Of a stretch of DNA of 32,000 bases, positions 1 through 7,526 are shown one piece after another. The stretch spans positions 2,250,001 to 2,282,000 of the forward strand of contig NZ_CP080507.1 of assembly GCF_019464535.1 (NCBI RefSeq). Reading direction: 5' to 3'. The position numbers and the translations under genes are program-made. Position 1 is the first letter of the stretch. Every line of letters starts with the position of its first letter. Source of the DNA: Horticoccus luteus (GTDB lineage: Bacteria > Verrucomicrobiota > Verrucomicrobiia > Opitutales > Opitutaceae). The notes beneath the pieces were generated by a model. The model saw nothing but the letters and a program-made list of their open reading frames with translations. It had not been told where the DNA came from and did not search any database.

Positions 1-510
1 GACGCCCCTAATTTCACCTTCCGCCAGAACAACTGCAGTTTCTACTCCGGCACCAAAGCCCTCGGCGAAGACGTGCTCGCCGGCGCGCCCGACGTGTTCA
101 TCTGGCGCCTGCGCATTCCCTTCGATCACGTCGAAAACCCGCGCAACTACCTCACCAAATTGATGCGTTACCCGCGGCTCCTCGAAGCGACCAACTCCAT
201 TTCGCAACTCCACGAATTCGTTGCCGCCACCTTCGCCTGCTGGGAGCAACGCATTCCCTTCGGCACGTATAACGTCACCAATCCCGGCCGCGTGACCACC
301 CACGAAGTCGTCGCCCTCATCCGCGAATCCGGCGTGTGCGAAAAAGACTTCCAGTTCTTCGCCAGCGAAGACGAGTTCATGCACGTCGCCGCGAAAACCC
401 CGCGCTCCAACTGCGTGATGGATTCCGCAAAACTCGCCGCCGCCGGCATCACGCTCACGGAAGTCCACACCGCCATCGCCGCCGCGCTGCGTTCCTGGCA
501 ACGCGCCTGA
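1..510 (+). CDS. Sugar-nucleotide SDR, C-terminal part (5' end outside the window). It resembles a bifunctional 4-keto-6-deoxyhexose 3,5-epimerase/4-reductase (NRS/ER-type rhamnose synthase).
   Basis: Frame 1 is open from nt 1 (DAPNFTFRQNNCSFYSGTKALGEDV...) to TGA 508-510, so the track ORF 73..510 is only its tail. It carries the SDR YxxxK motif (YSGTK). The strings NPRNYLTKLMRY and TPRSNCVMDSAKL match my recollection of Arabidopsis NRS/ER (NPRNFITKISRY, APRSNNEMDGAKL). It lies directly upstream of rfbB-rfbA. Confidence 0.6.
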   Translation, partial: DAPNFTFRQNNCSFYSGTKALGEDVLAGAPDVFIWRLRIPFDHVENPRNYLTKLMRYPRLLEATNSISQLHEFVAATFACWEQRIPFGTYNVTNPGRVTTHEVVALIRESGVCEKDFQFFASEDEFMHVAAKTPRSNCVMDSAKLAAAGITLTEVHTAIAAALRSWQRA

Positions 511-558
511 ACGCGCTGCTCTTTTGGCGTTTCCCTCTACGCACGTCCCCTCTTCGGC

Positions 559-1629
559 ATGAAACTCCTCGTCACCGGCGGCGCCGGCTTCATCGGCAGC
601 AACTTCATCCGCCAGCGCCTCCTCTCGCGCGACGGCCCGGCGATCAGCCGGCTCGTCAACCTCGATGCGCTCACCTACGCCGGCAATCCCGCCAATCTCG
701 CCGACCTCGCCTCCGATCCGCGCTACGTTTTTGCGCACGGCGACATCGGCGATTCCGCCCTCGTCTCCCGCCTCCTCGCCGAACACGAGATCGACGCCGT
801 CGTGAATTTCGCCGCCGAATCGCACGTCGATCGCTCCATCGATTCGCCCGAGCCGTTCATCCAGACCAACGTCACCGGCACGCTCCGCCTGCTCAATTGC
901 GCGAAGCAACACTGGGCCCGGCTGCCTGCGCCGCAGCAAAGCGCGTTTCGTTTTCTGCATGTCTCGACCGATGAAGTTTACGGTTCGCTCCCGCCCGGCG
1001 CGCCCGCCTTCACCGAAGAGCACAACTTCGAGCCCAACTCGCCCTACGCCGCCTCGAAAGCCGCCAGCGACCACCTCGTGCGCGCCTACCAGCACACCTA
1101 CGGCCTGCCGACGCTCACGACCAACTGCTCCAACAACTACGGCCCGTATCATTTTCCCGAGAAACTCATCCCGTTGATGATTCTCAACGCCCTCGAAGGA
1201 AAACCGCTCCCCGTCTACGGCGACGGCCAGCAGATTCGCGACTGGCTCTACGTCGAAGATCACGCCGCGGCCATCTGGACCGTCCTCCAACGCGGCCGCG
1301 TCGGCGAGACTTACAACATCGGCGGTTGGAACGAAAAACCGAATCTCGAGATCGTGAAAACCATCTGCGCGCTCCTCGATAAAAAGTCCCCGCGCGCCGA
1401 CGGCCAGAGCTACACCACGCAAATCGCCTACGTCGCCGACCGCCCCGGCCACGACCGCCGCTATGCGATCGACGCCACGAAAATCCACCGCGAGCTCGGC
1501 TGGAAACCCGCCGAAACCTTCGCCACCGGCATCGAAAAAACCGTCGACTGGTATCTTGCCCATCCTGCCTGGGCCACCGACATCACCGCCACGCGCTACG
1601 CCCGCGAACGCCTCGGCGCCAAAGCCTGA
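559..1629 (+). CDS. rfbB: dTDP-glucose 4,6-dehydratase
   Basis: 356 aa. N-terminal [16 protein letters not shown] Rossmann motif, [19 protein letters not shown] (YxxxK), and the typical RmlB C-terminus ([12 protein letters not shown]). Adjacent to rfbA. Confidence 0.9.
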   Translation: MKLLVTGGAGFIGSNFIRQRLLSRDGPAISRLVNLDALTYAGNPANLADLASDPRYVFAHGDIGDSALVSRLLAEHEIDAVVNFAAESHVDRSIDSPEPFIQTNVTGTLRLLNCAKQHWARLPAPQQSAFRFLHVSTDEVYGSLPPGAPAFTEEHNFEPNSPYAASKAASDHLVRAYQHTYGLPTLTTNCSNNYGPYHFPEKLIPLMILNALEGKPLPVYGDGQQIRDWLYVEDHAAAIWTVLQRGRVGETYNIGGWNEKPNLEIVKTICALLDKKSPRADGQSYTTQIAYVADRPGHDRRYAIDATKIHRELGWKPAETFATGIEKTVDWYLAHPAWATDITATRYARERLGAKA

Positions 1630-1718
1630 TTTCCTCGGCCGCGCCACCGCGCCACCCGTCCGGATCGGCGGCCGTCAGCATTCATTAGCGGTCAAAAAAC
1701 TTCACTCGTTCTCTCTCC

Positions 1719-2597
1719 ATGCAACGCAAAGGCATCGTCCTCGCCGGCGGCTCCGGCACCCGCCTCTATCCGCTCACCATCGCGGTCTCCAAGCAGCTCA
1801 TGCCGGTTTACGACAAGCCGATGATCTACTACCCGCTCTCGGTGCTCATGCTCGCCGGCATCCGGGAGATCCTCATCATCTCCACGCCGCAGGACCTCCC
1901 GCTCTTTCAACGTCTTCTCGGCGACGGCGCCCAGTTTGGCGTCACGTTCAGCTACGCCGAACAACCCCGCCCCGAAGGCCTCGCCCAAGCCTTCCACATC
2001 GCCGCCGACACCGGCTTTCTCACCGGCCACGAACCTTCCGCCCTCGTCCTCGGCGACAACCTCTTTTACGGCGCCGAGTTTGTCACCGCGCTCACCGATG
2101 CCGGTGCCCGCACCACCGGTGCGACCATTTTCGGCTACCACGTCGCCAATCCCACCGCTTACGGCGTCGTCGAATTCGCCCAGGATGGACGCGTCGTCTC
2201 GCTCGAAGAAAAACCCGCGCAGCCGAAATCCAACTACGCCGTCCCCGGCCTCTACTTTTACGACGAGCAAGTCGTCGCCCTCGCCCGCGCTCTCAAGCCC
2301 TCCGCCCGCGGCGAACTCGAAATCACCGACCTCAATCGCGTCTATCTCGACCGCGCCCAACTTCAGGTCGAACTCTTCGGCCGCGGCACCGCGTGGCTCG
2401 ACACCGGCACGCACGACTCGCTCATGCAGGCCGCCCAATTCGTCGAAGTCCTCGAAAATCGCACCGGCCTGAAAATCGCCTGCCTCGAGGAAATCGCCTT
2501 CAAGCACGGCTGGATCGATCGCGCGCAACTCGAACGCAACGTCCGCTCCCTCGGCAAATCCAGCTACGGCGAATATCTCCGGCGTCTGCTGACCTAG
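1719..2597 (+). CDS. rfbA: Glucose-1-phosphate thymidylyltransferase
   Basis: 292 aa. The [16 protein letters not shown] signature, [18 protein letters not shown], and the length are all typical of RmlA. Confidence 0.92.
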   Translation: MQRKGIVLAGGSGTRLYPLTIAVSKQLMPVYDKPMIYYPLSVLMLAGIREILIISTPQDLPLFQRLLGDGAQFGVTFSYAEQPRPEGLAQAFHIAADTGFLTGHEPSALVLGDNLFYGAEFVTALTDAGARTTGATIFGYHVANPTAYGVVEFAQDGRVVSLEEKPAQPKSNYAVPGLYFYDEQVVALARALKPSARGELEITDLNRVYLDRAQLQVELFGRGTAWLDTGTHDSLMQAAQFVEVLENRTGLKIACLEEIAFKHGWIDRAQLERNVRSLGKSSYGEYLRRLLT

Positions 2598-2613
2598 CCG
2601 CGGGCGGGCCGCC

Positions 2614-3555
2614 ATGCAGGTCTCCTTCATCGTCCCGCTCTACAACTGCCTGCCGCTCACGCAGGCGATGCTCGCGAGCCTGTCCGCCACGCTCCCGCCC
2701 GGCCTCGCCTGCGAAATCATCTTCGTCGACGATGGCAGCACCGACGGCACCCGCGCCTGGCTCGCCACGCTCCCGCCGCCTTGCCGCGCGCTCCTCAATC
2801 CCACGAACCTCGGTTTCGCCGGCGCCTGCAACCGCGGCGCCGCCTCCGCCCGCGGCGAATTGCTCTTCTTCCTCAACAACGACCTCGTCCTCCAGCGCCA
2901 CTGGTTCGAGCCCATGCGCGCCGCCTTCGACCGTTTCCCCGACGCCGCGCTCGTCGGCAACGTCCAGCGCCACGCGTCCTCCGGCGCCATCGATCACGCC
3001 GGCATATTTTTCAACGCCAAGGGCAAGCCCGCGCATCTCACCGCCCGCCCGCTCCGCTCCGCGCTCAGCGGCTACCGCGCCGTCCCCGCTGTCACCGGCG
3101 CCTGCTTCGCCATCCGCACCACGCTCTGGCGCGAACTCGGCGGCTTCGACGAACACTACCGCAACGGCAGCGAAGACGTTGACCTCTGCCTCCGCGCCGC
3201 CGCCCTCGGCCGCCGCCCCTACGTCGCACTGCGCAGCGTCGTCCGCCATCACATCAGCCAGTCGCCCGGCCGCAACCTTCGCAACGAGCAGAACACGCAA
3301 CGCCTCGTCCACCGCTGGCGCCCGCAAATCGTCCGCCTCGCCGCACGCGCACGGGCGCTGCACGACCTCCGCACCAACTGGGACGGCGCCCGCGACGCCA
3401 CCGATTTCGCCCGCGCCGCGATGACCCTCGCCTACGTGCTCCACCTCCGCCGCGAACCGCCCCGCCACGTCCTCACCGGCCTCGAATCCGCCCTCGACGC
3501 CGAATTCGCCCGCTGGCGCAGCCTCGGTCTCGCACCGCCTGACGCCCCCGCCTGA
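2614..3555 (+). CDS. Glycosyltransferase family 2 (possible rhamnosyltransferase, judged by context)
   Basis: 313 aa. VSFIVPLYNC...IIFVDDGSTDGT (GT-A DxD region), later FFLNNDL and EDVDLCLR. Starts 17 nt after rfbA. Confidence 0.8.
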   Translation: MQVSFIVPLYNCLPLTQAMLASLSATLPPGLACEIIFVDDGSTDGTRAWLATLPPPCRALLNPTNLGFAGACNRGAASARGELLFFLNNDLVLQRHWFEPMRAAFDRFPDAALVGNVQRHASSGAIDHAGIFFNAKGKPAHLTARPLRSALSGYRAVPAVTGACFAIRTTLWRELGGFDEHYRNGSEDVDLCLRAAALGRRPYVALRSVVRHHISQSPGRNLRNEQNTQRLVHRWRPQIVRLAARARALHDLRTNWDGARDATDFARAAMTLAYVLHLRREPPRHVLTGLESALDAEFARWRSLGLAPPDAPA

Positions 3556-3829
3556 ACAAATCCCCCGGAGCGTGGTGTCATCACGGCGATGAATCCGTAC
3601 GTGAACCCGTCGAAGACACGCGCACGCCAGCCAAATTGATCGAATTCAGGGCAGCCAACGGCGAAGAAGCGGATGCAGCGTTGGTGGAACGCGCGGCGCT
3701 GTTACGCAGATCAGGCGACCAACCTTTGCCCCCAACCTCCCTGTCAACTGACTCGCAGACTGACGACGATGGGGTCTCCGCCCCGTTGCAAACTTGCGCC
3801 GCCAGCACAATTTGCCATGAAAGCCGCTG

Positions 3830-4072
3830 GTGCCGGACTTTCGCTTTCACCAGACCAAACACCAGATGCTGCGCGTTTCCGAACGCGATCTCTCGTTCGA
3901 AAACATGAAGAATGTAGTCCGCTAACCTGACACGGAACAACCGCTGCGGCGCGGGGTTCATGGCGGCCTGGTGAAGAAATTCCGCAAAACGGTTGATGGA
4001 AAGACGCTCGTCGTCGTGGCGGAGCTCAAAGGCGCCGAGTGCTGGCTATTGACCGGATTTTTCGCAGATTAA
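3830..4072 (+). pseudogene. DUF4258-like toxin gene interrupted by an in-frame TAA (3923-3925)
   Basis: Frame-2 translation: VPDFRFHQTKHQMLRVSERDLSFENMKNVVR*PDTEQPLRRGVHGGLVKKFRKTVDGKTLVVVAELKGAECWLLTGFFAD*. The H..(K/R)...ER.(I/L)S.E.. start and the hydrophobic VVV...T.F end recall DUF4258. It ends 19 nt before a DUF2283-like gene. Neither half appears as an ORF in the track because of the stop and the non-ATG start. Confidence 0.45.
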
Positions 4073-4091
4073 CATCCAACCGGCCGCGCAC

Positions 4092-4400
4092 ATGAAAAAG
4101 GAAACGCAAAAACTGATCGTCCATTCCTCCCGCCCTCCCGTGGTGGAATTCGATGCCGAGGCGATGGCGGTGTATGTCCGCTTCCGACCGGGCAAGGTTG
4201 CCCGCACGGTCGAGTGCGAAGCCAGTTCCATGCACGTTGCGATCGACCTCAACGGCAGGGGAGACGTCCTTGGCATCGAAGCCATCGGCATGCAGGAGCT
4301 GGTGATCGAGCAGTTGCTCGCAGCCGCCCGCGTGGAAACTCCCAAGATCGACTATTCCCGCGCCCGCCTCATCGCGACCGGAAGCTTGATACCCGCCTGA
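4092..4400 (+). CDS. DUF2283-like small protein (putative antitoxin partner of DUF4258)
   Basis: 102 aa. VEFDAEAMAVYVRFRPGKVARTVE...VAIDLNGRGDVLGIEAIG matches the DUF2283 pattern (YD.E.D.LYI.L......E......D.D..G.IVGIEI). Local GC is lower than in the neighbours. Confidence 0.6.
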   Translation: MKKETQKLIVHSSRPPVVEFDAEAMAVYVRFRPGKVARTVECEASSMHVAIDLNGRGDVLGIEAIGMQELVIEQLLAAARVETPKIDYSRARLIATGSLIPA

Positions 4401-4446
4401 CGTCTGCGGCTGTTCCCAAGGGCCGAACTGCAGCCCCCGCCGCGCG

Positions 4447-5379
4447 TCACTGCGACCGCGCCACCTCCCGCACGACCGATTGCGGACGCTGATTCACCAC
4501 GAGAAACATGCGGCCCAGGTATTCGCCGAACAGGCCCAGCATCAGCAACTGCACGCCCGAGAACACCAGCAGCGCCGCCATCAACGAACCCCATCCAAAC
4601 GCCGGCCCCCGGTTCGTCGCCCACAGCCAGATCACGCCCGTCAGCGCCGCCAGTCCCACGACCGCCACGATCGCCCCCAGCACCGACGCCGCCCGCAACG
4701 GCATGATCGAGAAATTCACCCACGCGCTCAGCCATAACCGCACCAGCCGCCGCAACGTGTAGCCGCTTTGCCCCGCCACCCGCGCCGCGTGCTGCACTTC
4801 GATCGACCCGATGCGCTGCGTCACTTGCAGCAACAGTCCGTCAATATACGGAAATGGTCCCGCGTGCCGCGCCGCCTCCCGCGCCGCAAACGCCGACACG
4901 CACCGAAAACTCGACAGATAAAACCCCCGCGGTTTGTCCAGCGCCCAATCCGTCATCCGGCTCGTGAACCAACTCCCCGCGTTGCGCCACGCCGCGTGCT
5001 GTTTCGCCGCGTAGTGGCCGTAAACCACATCGAGCCCGCCCGTCGCCGCCCGCTCCCACAACCGCACCGCTTCGCGCGGCGGATTCTGCCCGTCATCGTC
5101 GAGGTTCACGCAAAACGTCCCCGTCGCGTGCCGCCAACCCGTCAGCACCGCGTTGTGTTCGCCGAAATTCCGCGCGTGCTCGACATACGTCACCCGCACG
5201 TTCGCCGTGCGCAGCAACTCCCGGCACACTGCCGCCGTCGCATCGCGGCTGCCGTCGTTGACGAGCACGATCTCGTGCCCGCCCGCCACCGTGAGCCCCT
5301 CGATATCCCGCACCACCGCCGCAATCGTGTCGGCGCTGTTATAGAGCGGAATGATAAAACTCAGAGCGGGGCTGGACAT
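4447..5379 (-). CDS. Polyprenyl-phosphate glycosyltransferase, GT2 (ArnC/GtrB/DPM1-like)
   Basis: 310 aa. FIIPLYNS...LVNDGSRD, NLDDDGQNPPREAVRL (compare ArnC LDADLQNPPEEIPRL). Two C-terminal TM helices end in GLFGEYLGRMF...QRPQSVV (compare ArnC GLLGEYIGRIY...RPRY). Confidence 0.85.
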   Translation of the reverse strand: MSSPALSFIIPLYNSADTIAAVVRDIEGLTVAGGHEIVLVNDGSRDATAAVCRELLRTANVRVTYVEHARNFGEHNAVLTGWRHATGTFCVNLDDDGQNPPREAVRLWERAATGGLDVVYGHYAAKQHAAWRNAGSWFTSRMTDWALDKPRGFYLSSFRCVSAFAAREAARHAGPFPYIDGLLLQVTQRIGSIEVQHAARVAGQSGYTLRRLVRLWLSAWVNFSIMPLRAASVLGAIVAVVGLAALTGVIWLWATNRGPAFGWGSLMAALLVFSGVQLLMLGLFGEYLGRMFLVVNQRPQSVVREVARSQ

Positions 5380-5412
5380 GCGCGCGTTGATAGCGGTTCG
5401 CCGCGCGCTCCG

Positions 5413-6522
5413 CTACGCGAAAAACGCCCGCACCGCCGCAATCACCCGCTCCACCTCCGCCGCCGTCAGCGTCGGATGCACCGGCAGGCACAACACCTCG
5501 CTGCACGCGCGCTCCGTCAACGGCAGCGCCACGTCGCACCGATACGCCGGCTGTTGATGCACCGGCACCGGATAAAGCACCGCCGTCCCGATCCGCCCCG
5601 CCGCCAATTCCGCGCGCAACGCATCGCGTTTTCCCGTGCGCACCGCGAACTGATGCCACACCGGCCGACTCCCCGCCGCCACGATCGGCAAGCGCAACGG
5701 CAATCCTGCGAGCCCGCGCCGATACGCCGCCGCATGCGCCGCCCGCTGCGCGTTCTCCGCCGCGAGATATGCGAGCTTCACGCGCAGGATCGCCGCCTGC
5801 ATTTCGTCGAGCCGGCTGTTTCGTCCCCCCTCCTCCGCCACGTATCGCGTCTGCCACCCGTATTGCCGCAACCGTCGCACCCGCTCGCCCAGCGCGACGT
5901 CGCGCGTCGCCACCGCGCCGCCGTCGCCGAGCGCGCCGAGGTTTTTCGTCGGATAAAAACTAAACGCCGCCGCCGCGCCCCACGCGCCCGCCGCCACACC
6001 GTTCCACGCCGCCCCGTGCGCCTGCGCGCAATCCTCGATCACCACCGCGCCGTGCGCCGCCGCCACCGCGCCAATCCGCGTCATGTCCGCCATCTGCCCG
6101 TAGAGATGCACCGGCACCACCGCGCGCACCTTTCCTCCGCGCAACACCGCTTCGAGCGCGCCCGGATCCATCGTCATCGTCGCATCGTCGATCTCGACGA
6201 ACATCGGCTCCGCGCCCACCGCGCCGATCGCCGCCACGGTCGCCGTCACCGTATTCGCCACCGTCGCCACGCGATCTCCCGACCGCACGCCCGCGGCCCG
6301 CAACGCCAGCTCCAGCGCGTCCGTGCCATTTGCCACGCCCACGCACGCGCCCACGCCCACGCCCACGAACCGCGCGAATTCTTCCTCAAACGCCGCCACG
6401 TCCGGCCCGAGCACGTAGTGACCGCTCGCCAGCACGCGCTCCATCGCCGCCCGAATTTCCGCCGCGTGCCGGCGCACGAGCGCGCCCGGATCGGCTGCCG
6501 GAATCGCCTCCGCTTCAGACAT
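5413..6522 (-). CDS. DegT/DnrJ/EryC1/StrS-family PLP aminotransferase (ArnB-like sugar 4-aminotransferase)
   Basis: 369 aa. GPDVAAFEEEFARF...ANGTDALELAL, SFYPTKNLGALGDGG (PLP-lysine region), and RLDEMQAAILRVKL are all typical of the family. Its start overlaps the stop of the upstream SDR gene by 8 nt. Confidence 0.9.
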   Translation of the reverse strand: MSEAEAIPAADPGALVRRHAAEIRAAMERVLASGHYVLGPDVAAFEEEFARFVGVGVGACVGVANGTDALELALRAAGVRSGDRVATVANTVTATVAAIGAVGAEPMFVEIDDATMTMDPGALEAVLRGGKVRAVVPVHLYGQMADMTRIGAVAAAHGAVVIEDCAQAHGAAWNGVAAGAWGAAAAFSFYPTKNLGALGDGGAVATRDVALGERVRRLRQYGWQTRYVAEEGGRNSRLDEMQAAILRVKLAYLAAENAQRAAHAAAYRRGLAGLPLRLPIVAAGSRPVWHQFAVRTGKRDALRAELAAGRIGTAVLYPVPVHQQPAYRCDVALPLTERACSEVLCLPVHPTLTAAEVERVIAAVRAFFA

Positions 6523-7510
6523 AGTGCCCGAGTTCCTTTCGGTAATACGCCAAGGTTTTCGCCAGCGCCGTGCGCACGCTCGTCCGCGCGCGCCACCCGA
6601 GCTCGCGTTCGATCAATCCCGCGTCCGCAAAAAAATCTCCGATGTCGATCTTCCGCCGCGCCGCCGGGAAACGTTTCACCACAAAACTCCCGCCACCGTT
6701 CAATTCCACCAGCAGTTCTGCCAACGCGAGCAACGTCATCGGCGGCGGACCGCCGAGATTATACACCGCTCCCTCCGCTTCTCGCCGCGTCGCCGCCCGG
6801 AGAAACGCCTCCACCGCATCGTCGACAAACGTGAAATCCCGCAGTTGCGCGCCGCCCCACACTTCAAACGGCTCGCCTTCCAGCACCCGTCGGATCCACA
6901 CGCCCACAAACGTCTGCCGCGCGTCCTTGATGCGCATGCCCGGCCCGATCGTGTTCGTCAGCCGCAGCACCGTGCTGCGAATCCCGTGCACGTCGTCGTA
7001 AAGCAGGTGATAGTTTTCGCCCGCGAGTTTATTGATGCCGTTCACGTCCACGGGACGAAGCGGGTGTTTTTCGTCCACCGGCAGATAGTCCGGACGCCCA
7101 TAAATCTGCCGCGTGCTCGCGAACACCACGCGCACCTGCGGGTTGTGTCGCCGGCACGCTTCCAGAATCGAAAGCTGCGAACGCGCGTTGATTTCGAGAT
7201 CCGTTTCCGGGTCCGTCATCGAGTCCATGTGACTCGTCTGCCCGGCCAGGTTGAACAAAAAATCCTGTCCGCGCACGAGCTCCGCCATCGTCGCGCGATC
7301 CCGCACGTCCGCCCGCTCGATCTGCACGCGCCTCGCCGCGCGCCTGAGGTTGCGCAGATGACCGCCGTGCTCGGGAATCAACGCGTCCGCCACCACCACG
7401 TTCGCCCCGAGCGACACCAAACGCTGGCTCAACCGCCCGCCGATGAAGCCCAGCCCGCCGGTCACGAGCACGCGCTTTCCAGCAAAGGCGGATTCTTTTT
7501 CAGCGTTCAT
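6515..7510 (-). CDS. NAD-dependent epimerase/dehydratase-family SDR with an altered catalytic motif
   Basis: 331 aa. KRVLVTGGLGFIGG Rossmann motif and FASTRQIYG. At the expected PxxxYxxxK position the sequence reads PVDVNGINK, with Asn in place of Tyr. Confidence 0.85.
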   Translation of the reverse strand: MNAEKESAFAGKRVLVTGGLGFIGGRLSQRLVSLGANVVVADALIPEHGGHLRNLRRAARRVQIERADVRDRATMAELVRGQDFLFNLAGQTSHMDSMTDPETDLEINARSQLSILEACRRHNPQVRVVFASTRQIYGRPDYLPVDEKHPLRPVDVNGINKLAGENYHLLYDDVHGIRSTVLRLTNTIGPGMRIKDARQTFVGVWIRRVLEGEPFEVWGGAQLRDFTFVDDAVEAFLRAATRREAEGAVYNLGGPPPMTLLALAELLVELNGGGSFVVKRFPAARRKIDIGDFFADAGLIERELGWRARTSVRTALAKTLAYYRKELGHYV

Positions 7511-7526
7511 GGGGCTTCCATCGGGC

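Noticed and set aside
1463-3424. 653-aa + strand ORF overlapping rfbB, rfbA and the GT2 gene in another frame. The same pattern applies to 13886..15682 (-), 22524..23957 (-) and 25475..27178 (+).
   Set aside because: All are Arg/Pro/Ala/Gly-rich alternative-frame or antisense readings of genes with strong family motifs. None has motifs of its own.
3581-3961. 126-aa minus-strand ORF in the lower-GC patch
   Set aside because: It has no recognisable motifs, and its C-terminal half is Ser/Ala low-complexity sequence. It lies antisense to the DUF4258-like reading, which has a sensible partner gene immediately downstream.
6332-6367. Hexanucleotide repeat (CCCACG x3 perfect, plus degenerate copies) inside the aminotransferase gene, encoding VGVGVG
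   Set aside because: It is in frame and has only three perfect units, so it is too short to argue for phase variation. At most it is a 2-residue insertion relative to the usual F..y.G......v.sGT.AL segment. I noted it but do not consider it functionally meaningful.
4768-6834. 688-aa ORF on the + strand spanning three minus-strand genes
   Set aside because: The translation is Arg/His/Pro-rich noise (RRxRRH...). It lies antisense to well-supported GT2, aminotransferase and SDR genes. This is the typical long stop-free antisense frame of high-GC coding DNA.
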